Source: Stegostoma tigrinum (taxonomy: Eukaryota). Taken from it: a DNA stretch of 64,000 nt. Shown piece after piece: positions 50,304 through 64,000 of the stretch. The DNA is taken from assembly GCF_030684315.1 (NCBI RefSeq), contig NC_081396.1:9415628-9479627 (forward strand), in the 5' to 3' direction. Both the position numbers and the translations under genes were made by a program. Below the pieces are notes generated by a model. That model saw nothing but the letters and a program-made list of their open reading frames with translations. It made no database searches and was not told the origin of the DNA. Each line of letters starts with the position of its first letter. The first letter of the stretch is position 1.

Positions 50304-51577
50304 TGTTATGAATCTGACCAAAGCCCCACACAATCATAGAATCATCATGATAGAATCCCCGCAGTGTGGAAACAGGCGATTCAGCTCAACAAGTCCAATC
50401 TGCCCCACCAAACAGAATTCCATCCAGACCCATTTCTCTGCGTTTCTCATGTCTAACCCACCTAAGCTAAACATGCCTGGACATGCTGGGCAATTTAGCA
50501 CGGCCAATCCACCTACCCTGCATATCTTTGGACTGTGGGAGGAAACAAGAGCACCTAGAGGAACATAGAACATAGAACATAGAACAATACAGCGCAGAAC
50601 AGGCCCTTCAGCCCTCGATGTTGCACCGACCTGTGAGCTAATCTAAGCCCATCCCCCGACACTATCCCATCATCATCCATATGCTTATCCAAGGACTGTT
50701 TAAATACCCTAACGTGGCTGAGTTAACTACACTGACAGGCAGGGTGTTCCATGCCCTTACCACTCTCTGAGTAAAGAAACTGCCTCTGGCATCTGTCTTA
50801 TAACTATCACCCCTCAATTTGTAGCTATGCCCCCTTGTACACGCTGACGCCATCATTCTCAGAAAGAGAGGGTCTCACTGTCAAACCCACGCAGACACAG
50901 GGAGAATGTGCAAACTACACACAGACAGTTGCCCAATGGGTAGAACAAGCCCAGGTCCCCGGTGCTGTGAGGCAGCAGTGCTAACCACTGAGCCACTGTG
51001 CTTCCTTAATTAAAAGCAAGAGTTCAAGATGCAATTTGATTGGGCAAACTGCTAGGATTGAAGAACAACACACTTTATTTTTACACTGTGACTAATATAC
51101 AAACAAAAGAAAGAAGAACTGGAATAAGTTAACTCCCTTGGGAAACTTAGCGGAATAACAGATTACTTAATTATGATACAACAACTATACCAATATAGCA
51201 ACGTACCATAAACACACCCTTGGCAAAGAAATGTTCAGTAAAATAAATTGTCTCACATGCAATTCTCCAGTTGAGGAGGAAAGAGCATCAAGGAAAAATT
51301 TTGAGAGAGAGAAAGAACACACGTGTTTTGCTGAAGCAGAGAGTGATGTACAGCAGCTTTCAGACCTCAACAGCTACTGAAAAGTGAACCTGTTTCTTTG
51401 AGACATTGAGAACACCCTTCATTCTGTTTCTATTGTTTCAGCTTTAAAACAAAATCAAGCCCTCACAGCATTTTCACAGCATCTTGGCTGGGAACTGACT
51501 GCTCAACACTGGTGTCTCAACCAACTCTTCATGAAAACAGGAGAAAATGCACCTCAGAAAGCTGTCATATCCTCACA
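50304..51577 (-). mobile_element. Probable LTR, interrupted by an HE1/V-SINE-like element (~50335-51005) that itself contains a CR1 3' fragment (~50563-50885)
   Basis: TG...CA termini (tgttatg...cctcaca). tRNA-like SINE head on the minus strand at ~50900-51005. CR1 tail (catagaa)n at 50563. Confidence 0.55.
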
Positions 51578-52862
51578 ATGAAACAGTTCAATTAAACAGT
51601 TCAGAATAGTTTCTGTTGCAGTAGTAATTGTTTCTCTGTGACTTTGTTCACTGTTCTCCATCCTTTAACTTACTTTGCATTTACAGTTGCAATTGTCCTA
51701 TTCGAACATTATCCAGACCTGTCGTTGACATCTTGTTGCAATAGCTGTCCCTTTGATTTCGCAGTGTGAAGCCTATTTCACTTTACCTCCCGCTCTCCAT
51801 TCTAACGGTGTCATTTCATTTTGTTAACTTCCCACTTCTGCTTCTTTCCTTTGCTCACTAACCATTGAAGTACTAGCCCAGTTTTTGTTGTCAGCAGAAG
51901 CTGCTGAATGTTTCCAGCATGTACTCGTTGTATGTCAGATGTTAAAACCGCTATTACTTTTTGCTCGTTTCTACAATTCTGGCATACTGGCCGGCCTTCC
52001 ACAATTATTCAACTCACAACATGGTCTGTGATCTGCAGTCCATGTCTGGAATTGGATTACTGACCAAGTTTATTAATCAGTTCAGAGTGGCTTCAAATAT
52101 CACTGTAATTTTGACACAGTTTATGCTCTCCTATTATGTTTGCATTGGAATGAGAACTCCAGGAATGGCAGCGGACAGTTTAACCTTGGTGGTAGAAGAG
52201 ACATGCAAAATGGTAACTCTGGACGAAATGAACATCCACTCGTATTAAAGGGTTCAAATTGAGAACTTTAACTATCTTCTTTGAGATTTTTTTTAGCGAG
52301 TACTGCAACTATACACATTAAATATAACAACGCACTCATGGACTAATATGCAAATACCTTTGTAGACAGAATACAACTCTACTTAACCAGATCTGTCTGC
52401 AATATGTGAGCAGACCCACGCAGTAAAATTGATGTTCGGTCTCAGAGAGATTTGGCATTGTACCTGACTAATCATTGCACAATTCCTGCATTTATCAGGA
52501 GTGAGATTGCACTGATTGTAATTCTTCTGAAAAGATTTACATTTTTGAGTATACCATGTCAGAAACAATGATTTTTTTTTTGTCGAGGCACTCATGTTTG
52601 GTCATTGTATTTTTGAGAAAATACACAAGTTGGTAATGAAGTCATCTCTTGGTTTATCAGTTTATTACCATGTCAAACCTCATGAAAACAAAAATATTTT
52701 ATTCCGTTCAACAAAATAGGGCAGGCTGCAGATGTACCAATCTTATTGTTAAATTGACATCTGAAAACCAACCATCTAATTAACTCCCTGGGACCAAGCA
52801 TTGGGTATAATTATCACCAACCTTCAGTGAAATACACACGATACTCAGAGCTTCTGGCAGAA

Positions 52863-55690
52863 ATGCACGGAATACCAAAGGGTCTACTGTTTTCCATTTA
52901 CCATCCCATCATTGCAGTTATTGGGATTCCAGTTTAAGTTTTGTACTTCCTGAGAAACTATGTCAATCATCTCTGATGTGCATCATTTGTATCATTTTAA
53001 CGACATCTCTTGTTCTCTCTTATGATGGATACTATCTTTCTTGACGGTATATTTTCTTTGCTCTGACTTGTCTAAACTATCCTCTTACACAAAATCATTT
53101 CCCACCTTAATACTTTCAATTCGTCAATTAATGGAAAAAATCTACCAAATGGTGACAATTTCTCTGTATTAGCAGCACAATTTTCTTCTTTAATATTGTT
53201 ACATAACCACGTTAACAGTGAGCATTTTTTCTTATGCTATTATAATCTCACGCCTTTTGGATTGTACTATCTTGTGACACTGCTGCGCCATTGTGTAATT
53301 TATTTTTCCTTCATTTATGACCAACTACTCAACATGTATATAAGATGTGATTTTTATTCTCACTGTTTTGTGAGAAGCTTTCTTCTTGTTATTGCAGTGC
53401 CAAGACTTTCCAACTGTAATATTGCCAATTATGCTCTGGTCAAGTCATGCAAACATCTGATAGTTTAATAATAATTTTATCGAACCATTGGCGCTGTTGC
53501 TGTTGTCAAATCCTTGATCCGTTACTGGAGTGTTACTCAAGTCTCATTGTGTCGTTGCTGGGGTTACTATATGTGGTTTATCTTACAGTTATCACTGTAA
53601 AAATATCGCTTTCCTGCATGGCTGATGCAATTTAAGTAGGCGATTAACAAACTGTTGTCAGCATATGATGTTGTGTTATTGTCAGCGTATTGTGTGTAAA
53701 ATACCATAATATATTCACAGAATCAATGAAGAATTATTGCGTCGTTCACTTTCTGAATTAGTGATGTTATCAAAAATGATTAAAAATAGCAAAGTTAAAG
53801 AACTGAAGAATTCCTTGCTGAATTTGACATATCAATTTTCTGAACAGGCATGATTAGGCGTCGTAATGTCTTCAGAAATAAATGTCAATAAGCTCTCGTC
53901 ATTTGACTCTAAAATTGTAACTGTCCATACATTAGAGAGCATGCTACCTTTTTACTCAGTCTTTGAGATGCACTGTTCGAATCTAATTCTCCACGTTCAC
54001 ATGATCCGCTACTATTGGTGGTAGACTGACAACTTGTTGAGAGTCAGATTTTCCTCTGCTACCAGTATCTACCAATATGGGATATTCTTTCCACCTTCAG
54101 CACTTTTTCCAAGTTGAGTGAGAAACATAACTGGTAGCATTCTGAAATGGATGGTGTAATACTTTTACTTCAAATATTACCGATAGCATGAAGTTAATCA
54201 AATGTTACATGGATCGCAGACCAGCACTGATGAAGATACTTCATTCCGGAATTCAGTAAGACTGTCCATCTTTCTCTGAATCAGAACTCTTCATCTGTTC
54301 CTTCCAATTGTGAGAGAGAAGATACACTTCACTGTCCCCTGAAGAGCTCTGAATTAGCCGTTGCCCTGACCAGCATCTAACTTATGTTGTCCCGACTGCG
54401 TTGACTGAAATTTTAGTTGAGTGTTCACATTTGTCTACTTTAGCATTATAGTCATCAAGTTGACTTACAAGTTCCACAACAGTGATTGGTTGTACAGTAA
54501 CACATCGGAATGAATCACATTGATTCACAGTGAGATATAATATTGGTTAATGTTAGCTTCCCACTATATTACTATGTACCTTCACATATTCTGTCATTCT
54601 TTGTTGATTCAACTTTCCTTGCTTATTCAATTCTACTGCATTGTCACGTGGTGTTTATGAAACCAAAGCGTTTTTGTTTAGATCTTATTGAAAATCTCTC
54701 CATCTCCATGTCTTTATTCCACATAATTTCGCTCTGTCTCTCCCCCACCCCCCAACACCGGCCTTCCTTTTGTTACAGCAAACCTGGTTGTGGTTGCGAT
54801 CCTGTCTCAAAGAACAGGCGGTCTCTCAGGGTGTATCACTTACTATCTCGTCTCAATGGCAGTGACAGATCTCCTGTCGCAGTTACTGCTGTCCTATTGA
54901 ACTAGATTGCTGGGATTTATTTTCCATTAAGTGTCCTTTCCATCACCCTATTGCACAGTTTATGTTCTGCCCTAATTTATGCATCTCTCGACTTTTATGT
55001 CTGGTTAACTATCACTTTTAGCTTATGATCGATTTGTCACCATTTCATGTCTAAAGTTGGCAGTAAGATATTGCACTAAGATGATGGCAGCACATGTTTT
55101 AACAGTTGTGTCTGCCTTGAGTTGTATAAAAAATGCCTTTGCATATTTTGTTTATGAACCTGTGCACATAGTTAACAATATACCGTCGTTATGTAGCGTA
55201 AAATTAATATTTTACACATCACCTGCTTGGGCTGCATATGACTGGATGTGACCAATTGAAACTCCTAGCCTCCCATTCATTTTGATTATATTGTTCAATG
55301 TTCTGACTGTCAGACATATTCTGGCAGCCAATAGAGTCTGCAGGAGAGTTCGGGCTCAGAACAATGGAGATCACCAGAGTGATCCGGATGTGAAGAAATG
55401 GAGAAAGTCGATTGTTTTACTTTTTGCCATCTCCTGCAATTTCATTCTACTCTATTTTCTGTTCATGGTAACAATCCTGTATGTTCGAATTGTTGATGTT
55501 ACTTATTTCTCAGGTTCAGATTCCAGTGAATCATCATTTTTTTCTTGAGGAATATGGATTTGTGCTCCAGCTTCTGAGTTCCTGCATCAACCCATTTATT
55601 TATGCAGGAGTACAAGCGAAATTCAGAGCAGAATTATTAAATGGTGTGAAATATCCATGGAGGTTATTGTGGAAGTTGCTCGAATTGTGA
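52863..55690 (+). pseudogene. Third GPR139-like GPCR, pseudogene (exon 1 52863-52932; exon 2 54779-55690)
   Basis: Exon 1 reads MHGIPKGLLFSIYHPIIAVIGIP with the donor mutated (ccag|tttaagt). Exon 2 reads ANLVVVAILSQRTGGLSGCITYYLVSMAVTDL...YDRFV...CINPFIYAG, with frameshifts and stops (TAG 54903, TGA 55249). Confidence 0.88.
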
Positions 55691-55694
55691 CAAG

Positions 55695-56115
55695 AGATTC
55701 ACAGGCTCACAGAGTGTTACAGCACGGAAACAAACACTTCAGCCCAACTTGTCCAGGCTGATGAAGCCTCCCAAACTAAATCAGTTCCACCTGCATTTGG
55801 CCAATGTCCCTCTAAACCGTGCCTATTCATGAACCTGTCCAAGTGGCTTCTATATGTTTTAAGCGTACCTGCATCGATCACTTCTTCTGTCAGCTTATTC
55901 CACACACAAACCCACTCTTTATGTGATAAAGCTCTCCCTCAGGTCCCTTTCAAATCTTTCGTCTCTCGCATTACAAATATACCCTCCAGTTTTGAACTCT
56001 CTTGAACTAGATATTTTCCATTCAACTTACCTATGCCCATCATGATTTTTTAAATATCTGCAAGCCCATCTCACAACTTCCTGTGCTCCAGTGGAAAATG
56101 TCCACACTAGTTCCA
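55695..56115 (-). mobile_element. Old CR1 3' fragment immediately after the GPCR pseudogene
   Basis: WNKLTEEVIDAGTL motif and a CR1-type 3' end. Similar element at ~59045-59480. Confidence 0.75.
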
Positions 56116-57230
56116 CGGAGGCAATGTTATATCATTCCCATATTTGGCTTCTTCTTCCACATGCACATAAAGGTCAATTAAAATTTAACTTCATGCTTCA
56201 AGAAACATAAATATCCATATTGAAAATGCAAAACGTTTTTTTCGGACATTCAAGAAACTAACTATTTACTTTAAATTGAGGCAGCAACGTTTGAAACTAA
56301 GAAGCCAAGGCGCTGATGGGAGGAAAGTCAAGTTATTTATCAACACATTAGGAAAATCTGCATCAGTCGTTTGTGACATCCTAACATTTCCTCCCCATTT
56401 CTAGATTGCACATAGCACCTCTTCCAAGAAATTCCTTTTCTAAATTTGATCAGTGAATGATCTCAATGCTTTTATTTTCAGCTGTCTTAGCTGTATGGTC
56501 GCACATGCATCTTTATGAGAATTCATAGCACTGATGATCACTGTAAAGTGACATCAAATAATCATCCAAATGTTTTTTCTACAAATTACACCATTCTGCC
56601 CATTGTTCCAGAGCTGATGCTGCAATTGGACGTTATGATTTAGTACCATTTTCCTACTATTTCCCCGTAAGCCCACCATTACTGCATTTAAATAATAATG
56701 CAATGCCAAACTCATTGCCCAAAAGTGCAAACCAAAACTTGACTACGAGCTGAATGATAAAGCTTATTTTCTTTGGCAGCATTTGTATTATTTACAAGTC
56801 CACTTTATTTTTTTGTCCTCGTATTCACTATTTTTGCATAAGTTGCAACAGTGTATCACTATCTTCCAGTCTCACACGATTTTCACATCACCTATGAGCT
56901 CTCTTTACAGCCTTGTCCTCTCCGAGGGAAATTGTCTCAATTTCTCTTATCTCAGTTTTTGACTGGAACTCCCCATTCCTGGAAACATTTTTGTAAATCT
57001 TTGCAGAATTCTCTCCAATGCATTCCCACCTTCCCTTGATTGTCCACAACTGTACAAAGTACTTTGGCTAATGTATAACTAATGTCTTGATAAAATGCAA
57101 TGGTATCTCATTTCTCTTGTAGCCATTGACTGAATTAAGAACAAGTTCTCATCACTATCGGCTCTAATAATAAAATATGAACGACAATTCGTTCCATTGA
57201 ATCGATGAAGAATACATTTAAAAATATCTT

Positions 57231-58006
57231 CCTGGATAAATGCGAGGTGATGTATTTTGGAAGGTCGAATTTGAAAGCTGAGTACAGGAGTAAGGATAGG
57301 ATTCTTGGCAGTGTGGAGGAACAGAGGGATCTTGGTGTGCAGATACATAGATCCCTTAAAATGGCCACCCAAGTGGACAGGGTTGTTAAGAAAGCATATG
57401 GTGTTTTGGCTTTCATTAACAGGGGGATTGAGTTTAAGAGTCGTGAGATCTTGTTGCAGCTCTATAAAACGTTGGTTAGACCACACTTGGAATACTGCAT
57501 CCAGTTCTAGCCGCCCTATTATAGGAAAGATGTCGATGCTTTGGAGATGGTTCAGAGGAGGTTTACCAGGATGCTGCCTGGACTAGAGGGCTTATCTTAT
57601 GAAGAGAGGTTGACTGAGCTCGGACTTTTTTCATTGGAGAAAAGGAGGAGGAGAGGGGACCTAATTGAGGTATACAAGATAATGAGAGGCATAGATAGAG
57701 TTGATAGCCAGAGACTATTTCCCAGGGCAGAAATGGCTAACACGAGGGGTCATAGTTTTAAGCTGGTTGGAGGAAAGTATAGAGGGGATGTCAGAGGCGG
57801 GTTCTTTACACAGAGAGTTGTGAGAGCATGGAATGCGTTGCCAGCAGCAGTTGTGGAAGCAAGGTCATAGGGGGCATTTAAGAGACTGCTGGACATGCAT
57901 ATGGTCACAGAAATTTGAGGGTGCATCCATGAGGATCAATGGTCGGCACAACATCGTGGGCTGGAGGGCCTGTTCTGTGTTGCACTGTTCTATGTTCTAT
58001 GTTCTA
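57231..58006 (+). mobile_element. Young 5'-truncated CR1 LINE
   Basis: Near-identical to 62113-62888 (opposite strand). (ttctatg)n tail. Premature TAG codons. Confidence 0.95.
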
Positions 58007-61000
58007 ACTCAATCTACTTTCTGCTTCCATTTCTCAGTCATTCCACAGAAAGTAATAATAAAACAACAGGGGTAATGAAAATCCTTGTCCGTTTACATTA
58101 TTGCAATTGAATTGTCATTCTGTAGAATCCAGGGTCACAAATGAGATTGAAATAGGAAGTATGGGGGGAATTAGTGTTGTTGATAATAAATATCAAATCG
58201 ACAACATGGCATCTGCTGGCTGCTGTTCGGAATTGTTTGGTCATTGGATCGATTGTCTGGTGAACACCAAGTGTCTTTTCTCTCTTCAATGGAAGATATT
58301 GGAGCAGAAAATGAGTATTCCATGAATTCACCAACATATGTTTCTTGATTATCAGCAGATTGTGAAAAATAAATTCTCACTATTTATCACTTTGAAATTA
58401 TAGAAATTTGACTCATGCAAATTGACAACTGCTGCCTCAAACACCTTCAATACCTCACTCATTCCACTGAAAATATCGCCAAAAAATACTGTAACTTGTG
58501 TCAAAGGAACTTTTGAAATGGGTGATATTTAATTTTCTATTTGGAAAAGAGTAAAGCTGAATATCTGAAAATGAAATACAAACAATTTTCTCAAAAATAT
58601 CTTCCTAGTGTTAGAATTTGTTTCAATTTTTATACGATCTGAAATATGTTGTACACTTATCCTGCAGCTAATTGCTTTGGAATATTTAAATTTTAACTTT
58701 TTCAATCTTGATTGTCAGGCCGATATTTGAAAATGCTTGAATTGGATGAGTCTGTGAAAGAAGGTACCATGTTGTAACTGGATTGGCATCATCAGCGCAG
58801 TTGTACTGAAATGATTATATTAACACTGAATGTAGTCCCCACTGAACAGAATATATAAGAAAATGCTGACAATACAAAGAAGGCCAGAAAACATCTGGAG
58901 AGAGAGAATGACAGTTAACTCGTCAATGCTTCTTGCTGCTCCTGGAATGATAACTGTCCTCAATTGGTCTGACCTTTCTGAATTATTGGTGGGGACATTT
59001 ATTTTGGAGAATGGGAAAAGATTAATCCCACCCACTGCAGACACATAGAGTCATAAGGTCATACAACATGGAAACAGACCCTTTGGTCCATTTCATCTGC
59101 ACTGCTGAGGCATCCCAATCTGACATAGCCTCATTTTCCAGCATTTTTCCCATGTCCCTCTAAAGCCTTCCTGTTTGTTTCCCCATCCGATTGCCTTTTA
59201 AATGCACTAATTATACCCGCCTCAACCACTTGGTCTACCAGCTAGTTCCATACAAGCACCAACCTCTGTGCGAAAAATTACCCCTCCGGTCATTTCTTAA
59301 AAACTCTTACTTTAAACTTATGTCCTCTAGTTTTGTACTCCCCAAACCTGGGAAAAAAGACCTTGGCTATTCAAACTATCCATGCCCCTCATGATTGTGT
59401 AAACCTCTATAAGGTCACCTCTCAGCCTCCGAAGATCCAGCGGAAAAATCCCCAGCCTATTCAGCCTCCACCCATAATCCATTTTAAGTAGGAGACTGGG
59501 ATTTCTGTTTTGTTTCCTTCCAAATTCTCATCTGATGACTGACAATATTATTTGTGAAGTCTCATCACATTTCCAAGTCTGGCGTGATGTCCAGGGAGGG
59601 CGGCATGTGTAAAAAATTCTAGAGATTTGGATTGTTCTCTTTAGAGAGAAAATAACTTCACGAGAGATTTCGTGGGATTGTTCGTAAGGATTGAGGGTGT
59701 TGAGGTGGTTGAGGGAATTGGGACATGGTCGGGGGCAGGGTTCAGTGAGGGTGGAACAGAAGGTTGACTGAGCAAGTTGCCTTCACTGACAAGAGTCAAT
59801 AATTGGGAGAAATGGAACTGAAGATCATTTAAGGAAAGATCATCTGGCACCTCGATTTGAATATTTTTCCTTGTAACCATTGTATAATTTGTTACAAATA
59901 AACTTAAACTGGAACAGGGTGTAGTGAGGTGGGGGTTTGGACTGGGTGAATAAGATTTTATTCTAACACTTGATATCTATTTGAGTCTCAACACATTGTC
60001 TCACTTCTCAGTCACCCTGCAAAAAGCAGTTCCCAACAAATCAGGAGATTTCCTTATCTCCAGAGTTTCATATCAATTATCAAGTTTCTTACCAATTATT
60101 TATAAATGTCAAGGAAGTATCTTGCTGAATTTGTTCAGCTTCCTGTGGTCAAAACAGCTGAACACAAGGGGAGAAGGTGGATTTTTCTCTCTCTCTGAAA
60201 TGAGTTGAAAGAAGATGGAATGGATGTGAAAACAGAGAGCAATTCCAAGTGAATTCAGCACAGAAAGCGTTAAATTGGCCTCAAGTGTTGGTTTGAAAGG
60301 TGCATTTTTGTTCAAATTCATTAGCAGGAGGAGGGGGTCGCTGGCGAGCCTGCTTTAATTATCCATCCCTCACTGCCCAAAGTTTAGTTCACACCAACTT
60401 AATTGGTCAGAAGTCACATGTGGGCCAGACCAGAAAAGTTACCTGTTTCTTTCCCTGAGGACATTCGTGAGCCAGATGTGCAATCCCCCTGATTATTGAT
60501 TAAGGGTCATCTTTAGATTGTTAATTCCAGATATTTTAGTGAATTCACATTCCACCATTTGTCACAGCAGGGTTTCAGCATGGACTCCAAGGATTTTACC
60601 AGCATATCTGGATTAGCCGTCCAGCAAGGATACCACTTGGCCAACGCCTCCCTACTTGTGAGCAATTGATCAGGGATGATACTTGCCCTCATCTAAACAC
60701 GATACAATCAACTCTGTCCATATGTTAGAGAATAACTCCTGCAGGTTCAACTCAGATTCAGTGAAAAACCTAGTCATCAGCATTTGAACCCGTGCAGGTT
60801 TCTAACTCATTGCTTCAGCCACTGGAACCTGAGAGCAGTCTTTGAATTTACACTAACATATTTGGTATAAAATTAATGACTTGCTACATCAGATACAAAG
60901 TATAACTCACTGCACCTTTCAGTGTCAGCCGCCCAGTCTTTTACTCGGTCACTTGCAATGTCTGCACTCCCCCATTTTTCTGTCTGCAAAAAGGCAAGAA

Positions 61001-61789
61001 TACACTCTCCACTTATCCATCACTCAAGAAGTACAGCAAACTGCAGGGATCTGTGGTAGCATTAGAACTCACGCCTCCAATAAGACACAAGCCTAAATCC
61101 AATGCCATAGACTACACAGCCATGCTAACTGTGTGACTGCTTTATAGTCAAAACACTTGACTGATATTGGTATTGAGTTCCAATGTAAACTATGAACAGG
61201 GTCCCATTCTTCATGCCTTTAAGATGTTCTTTGTTCACAAACGATTTGAGGTACCGTAGGCGGCAGTGATGTCTCTATCGCTCATTGTCTATCCCCAGCT
61301 GTCCCTAAGTAGATGCTGAGCAGCATTTTCATGTAAAGCGATGACTTGTGATTTCTCCTTGTCCATCTGTCCTTCTCTAGTCGATCACAGACCTTCCCTG
61401 CTCCTTATTTTACAAAGTGACTCTTAATTTTATGATCAGAATCTTGGAGATACTCAGCAGCTCGGATGGAATCTGTTGATACAGGAACCTTCTCTGTTGT
61501 TTGTTTAACAGAGTCACTCTTGCCTTTTTGATCAGAAGATTTTGCATACACTCAGCAGCTCAGGAGGCACATGTTGATACAGGAACCGAGCTAATGTGTG
61601 ACCTCAATTACCTTCCATCAGAACTGTGGAAAGTGAGAGATCTTAGAAGTTTCAAACAAATTCTCAGAGAATAAAGAGCGAGAGGAGGAAAGAAGCAAAA
61701 ACCCAACTCCTTGATAGATGGAAGAGAGGAGAGATTCAATAACAAAAGGAAAAATCGTGAATTACAGGAGATGAGAATGAATTTGTACA

Positions 61790-62112
61790 AAATGCAGAGG
61801 AATGGAATTGTGTGAGATATAGCAGTTTGGATCGGAAATTGGCTTGCTGAAAGAAGACAGAGGGTGGTAGTTGATGGGAAATGTTCATCCTGGAGACCAG
61901 TTACTAGTGGTGTACAGCAAGGGTCGGTGTTGGGGCCACTGCTGTTTGTGATTTTTATAAATGACCTGGATGAGGGCGTAGAAGGATGGGTTAGTAAATT
62001 TGCTGATGACACTAAGGTCGGTGGAGGTGTGGATAGTGATGAAGGATGCTATAGGTTACAGAGAGACATAGATAAGCTGCAGAGCTGGGCTGAGAGTGGG
62101 CAAATGGAGTTT
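61790..62112 (+). mobile_element. CR1 RT fragment cut off by the younger opposite-strand CR1
   Basis: [21 protein letters not shown]...FADDTKVGG. Confidence 0.85.
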
Positions 62113-64000
62113 AGAACAGAGAACATAGAACAGTGCAGCACAGAACAGGCCCTCCAGCCCACGATGTTGTGCCGACCATTGATCCTCATGGATGCACCCT
62201 CAAATTTCTGTGACCATATGCATGTCCAGCAGTCTCTTAATTGCCCCCTATGACCTTGCTTCCACAACTGCTGCTGGCAACGCATTCCATGCTCTCACAA
62301 CTCTCTGTGTAAAGAACCCGCCTCTGACATCCCCTCTATACTTTCCTCCAACCAGCTTAAAACTATGACCCCTCGTGTTAGCCATTTCTGCCCTGGGAAA
62401 TAGTCTCTGGCTATCAACTCTATCTATGCCTCTCATTATCTTGTATACCTCAATTAGGTCCCCTCTCCTCCTCCTTTTCTCCAATGAAAAAAGTCCGAGC
62501 TCAGTCAACCTCTCTTCATAAGATAAGCCCTCTAGTCCAGGCAGCATCCTGGTAAACCTCCTCTGAACCCTCTCCAAAGCATCCACATCTTTCCTATAAT
62601 AGGGCGGCTAGAACTGGATGCAGTATTCCAAGTGCGGTCTAACCAACGTTTTATAGAGCTGCAACAAGATCTCACGACTCTTAAACTCAATCCCCCTGTT
62701 AATGAAAGCCAAAACACCATATGCTTTCTTAACAACCCTGTCCACTTGGGTGGCCATTTTAAGGGATCTATGTATCTGCACACCAAGATCCCTCTGTTCC
62801 TCCACGCTGCCAAGAATCCTATCCTTAATCCTGTACTCAGCTTTCAAATTCGACCTTCCAAAATGCATCACCTCGCATTTATCCAGGTTGAACTCCATCT
62901 CCCACCTCTCAGCCCATCTCTGCATCCTGTCAATGTCCCGCTGTAGCCTACAACAGCCCTCTATACTGTCAACGACACCTCCAACATTTGTGTCATCTGC
63001 AAACTTGCTGACCCATCCTTCAATCCCCTCATCCAAGTCATTAATAAAAATTACAAACAGTAGAGGCCCAAGGACAGAGCCCTGTGGAACACCGCTCACC
63101 ACTGACTTCCTGGCAGAATATTTTCCTTCTACTACCACTCGCTGCCTTCTGTTGGGCAGCCAATTCTGTATCCAGACAGCTAAGATCCCCTGTATCCCAT
63201 TCCTCCTGACCTTTCGAATGAGCCTACCATGGGGAACCTTATCAAATGCCTTGCTGAAGCCCATATGCACCACATCCACAGCTCGACCCTCATCAACTTT
63301 TCCAGTCACATCCTCAAAGAACTCGATAAGGTTTGTGAGGCATGACCTGCCCCTTACAAAGCCGTGTTGACTGCATTTGATCAAGAAATGCTCTTCCAGA
63401 TGGTCATAAATCCTATTCCTCGGAATCCTTTCTAACATCTTGCAGGTGCCAGACGTCTGACCTACTGGTCTGTAATTGCCGGGGATTTCCCTATTTCCTT
63501 TCTTGAAGAGAGGAGTTACATTTGCATCTCTCTAGTCCTCAGGTACGACTCCAGTGGAGAGCGAGGATGCAAAGATCCTCACAAGTGGTGAAGCAATTGC
63601 ATTTCTCGCTTCCCAAAGCAGCCGAGGACAAATCAGGTCCGGGCCTGGCGACTTGTCAATCTTAATGTTTGACAAAACTTTCAGCACATCAGCTTCCTCT
63701 ATCTCTATCCATTCCAGCATGCACACCTGCTCTTCAAAGGTTTCATTCACTACAAAGTTCGATTCTTTCGTAAAGACAGAAGCAAAAAAACTCATTAAGG
63801 GCTTCCCCTACCTCCTCGGACTCCACACACAAGTTCCCTATGCTATCCCTGATCGGCCCTACTCTTTCTTTGACCATTCTCTTATTCCTCACAGAAGTGT
63901 AAAATGCCTTTGTGTTTTCCCTAATTCATTCTGCCAAGCCTTTCTCGTGCCCCCTCCTGGCTCTCCTCAGACCATTTTTGAGCTCCTTCCTTGCCTGCAT
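62113..64000 (-). mobile_element. Young CR1 LINE running off the window end; ORF2 with premature stops
   Basis: RT ORF pieces at 62248-62586, 62608-63438 and 63532-63795. Tail at ~62113-62130. Confidence 0.95.

Noticed and set aside
61433-61588. Imperfect ~57-bp direct repeat (tgatcagaa...tgttgatacaggaacc)
   Set aside because: It looks like two decayed ends of a common short repeat. No further structure is evident.

Overview
This is repeat-rich vertebrate DNA. The CR1/HER1-type LINEs, Penelope-derived palindromic repeats, HE1/V-SINE-like elements and two-exon GPR139-like GPCRs point to a cartilaginous fish, probably a shark (inference). The first ~40 kb is a tandem segmental duplication: A1 ~2.1-17.6 kb, B1 ~18.7-21.3 kb, partial A2 ~22.0-23.7 kb, B2 ~24.1-25.7 kb and A3 ~25.7-39.8 kb. 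Each full A unit carries, on the + strand, a TCR alpha/delta-like V gene segment with a 23-bp-spacer RSS, followed ~3.3-3.5 kb later by a two-exon GPR139-like class A GPCR gene. The V leader appears to be fused to the V without an intron. In A1 both the V and the GPCR are pseudogenes. In A3 the V keeps an open frame and a near-canonical RSS, and the GPCR is intact (326 aa). In A2 the V breaks 5 nt before where its heptamer should be, which resembles a RAG coding end. A third, more divergent GPCR pseudogene lies at 52.9-55.7 kb. I found no convincing D, J or C-domain exon; there is only a possible decayed TCR transmembrane-type exon. The rest is CR1 LINEs (some very young), Gypsy relics, a Penelope fragment and many Penelope-derived short repeats, some with a minimal hammerhead-ribozyme-like core. 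Repeat and duplication boundaries were set by eye and are approximate.
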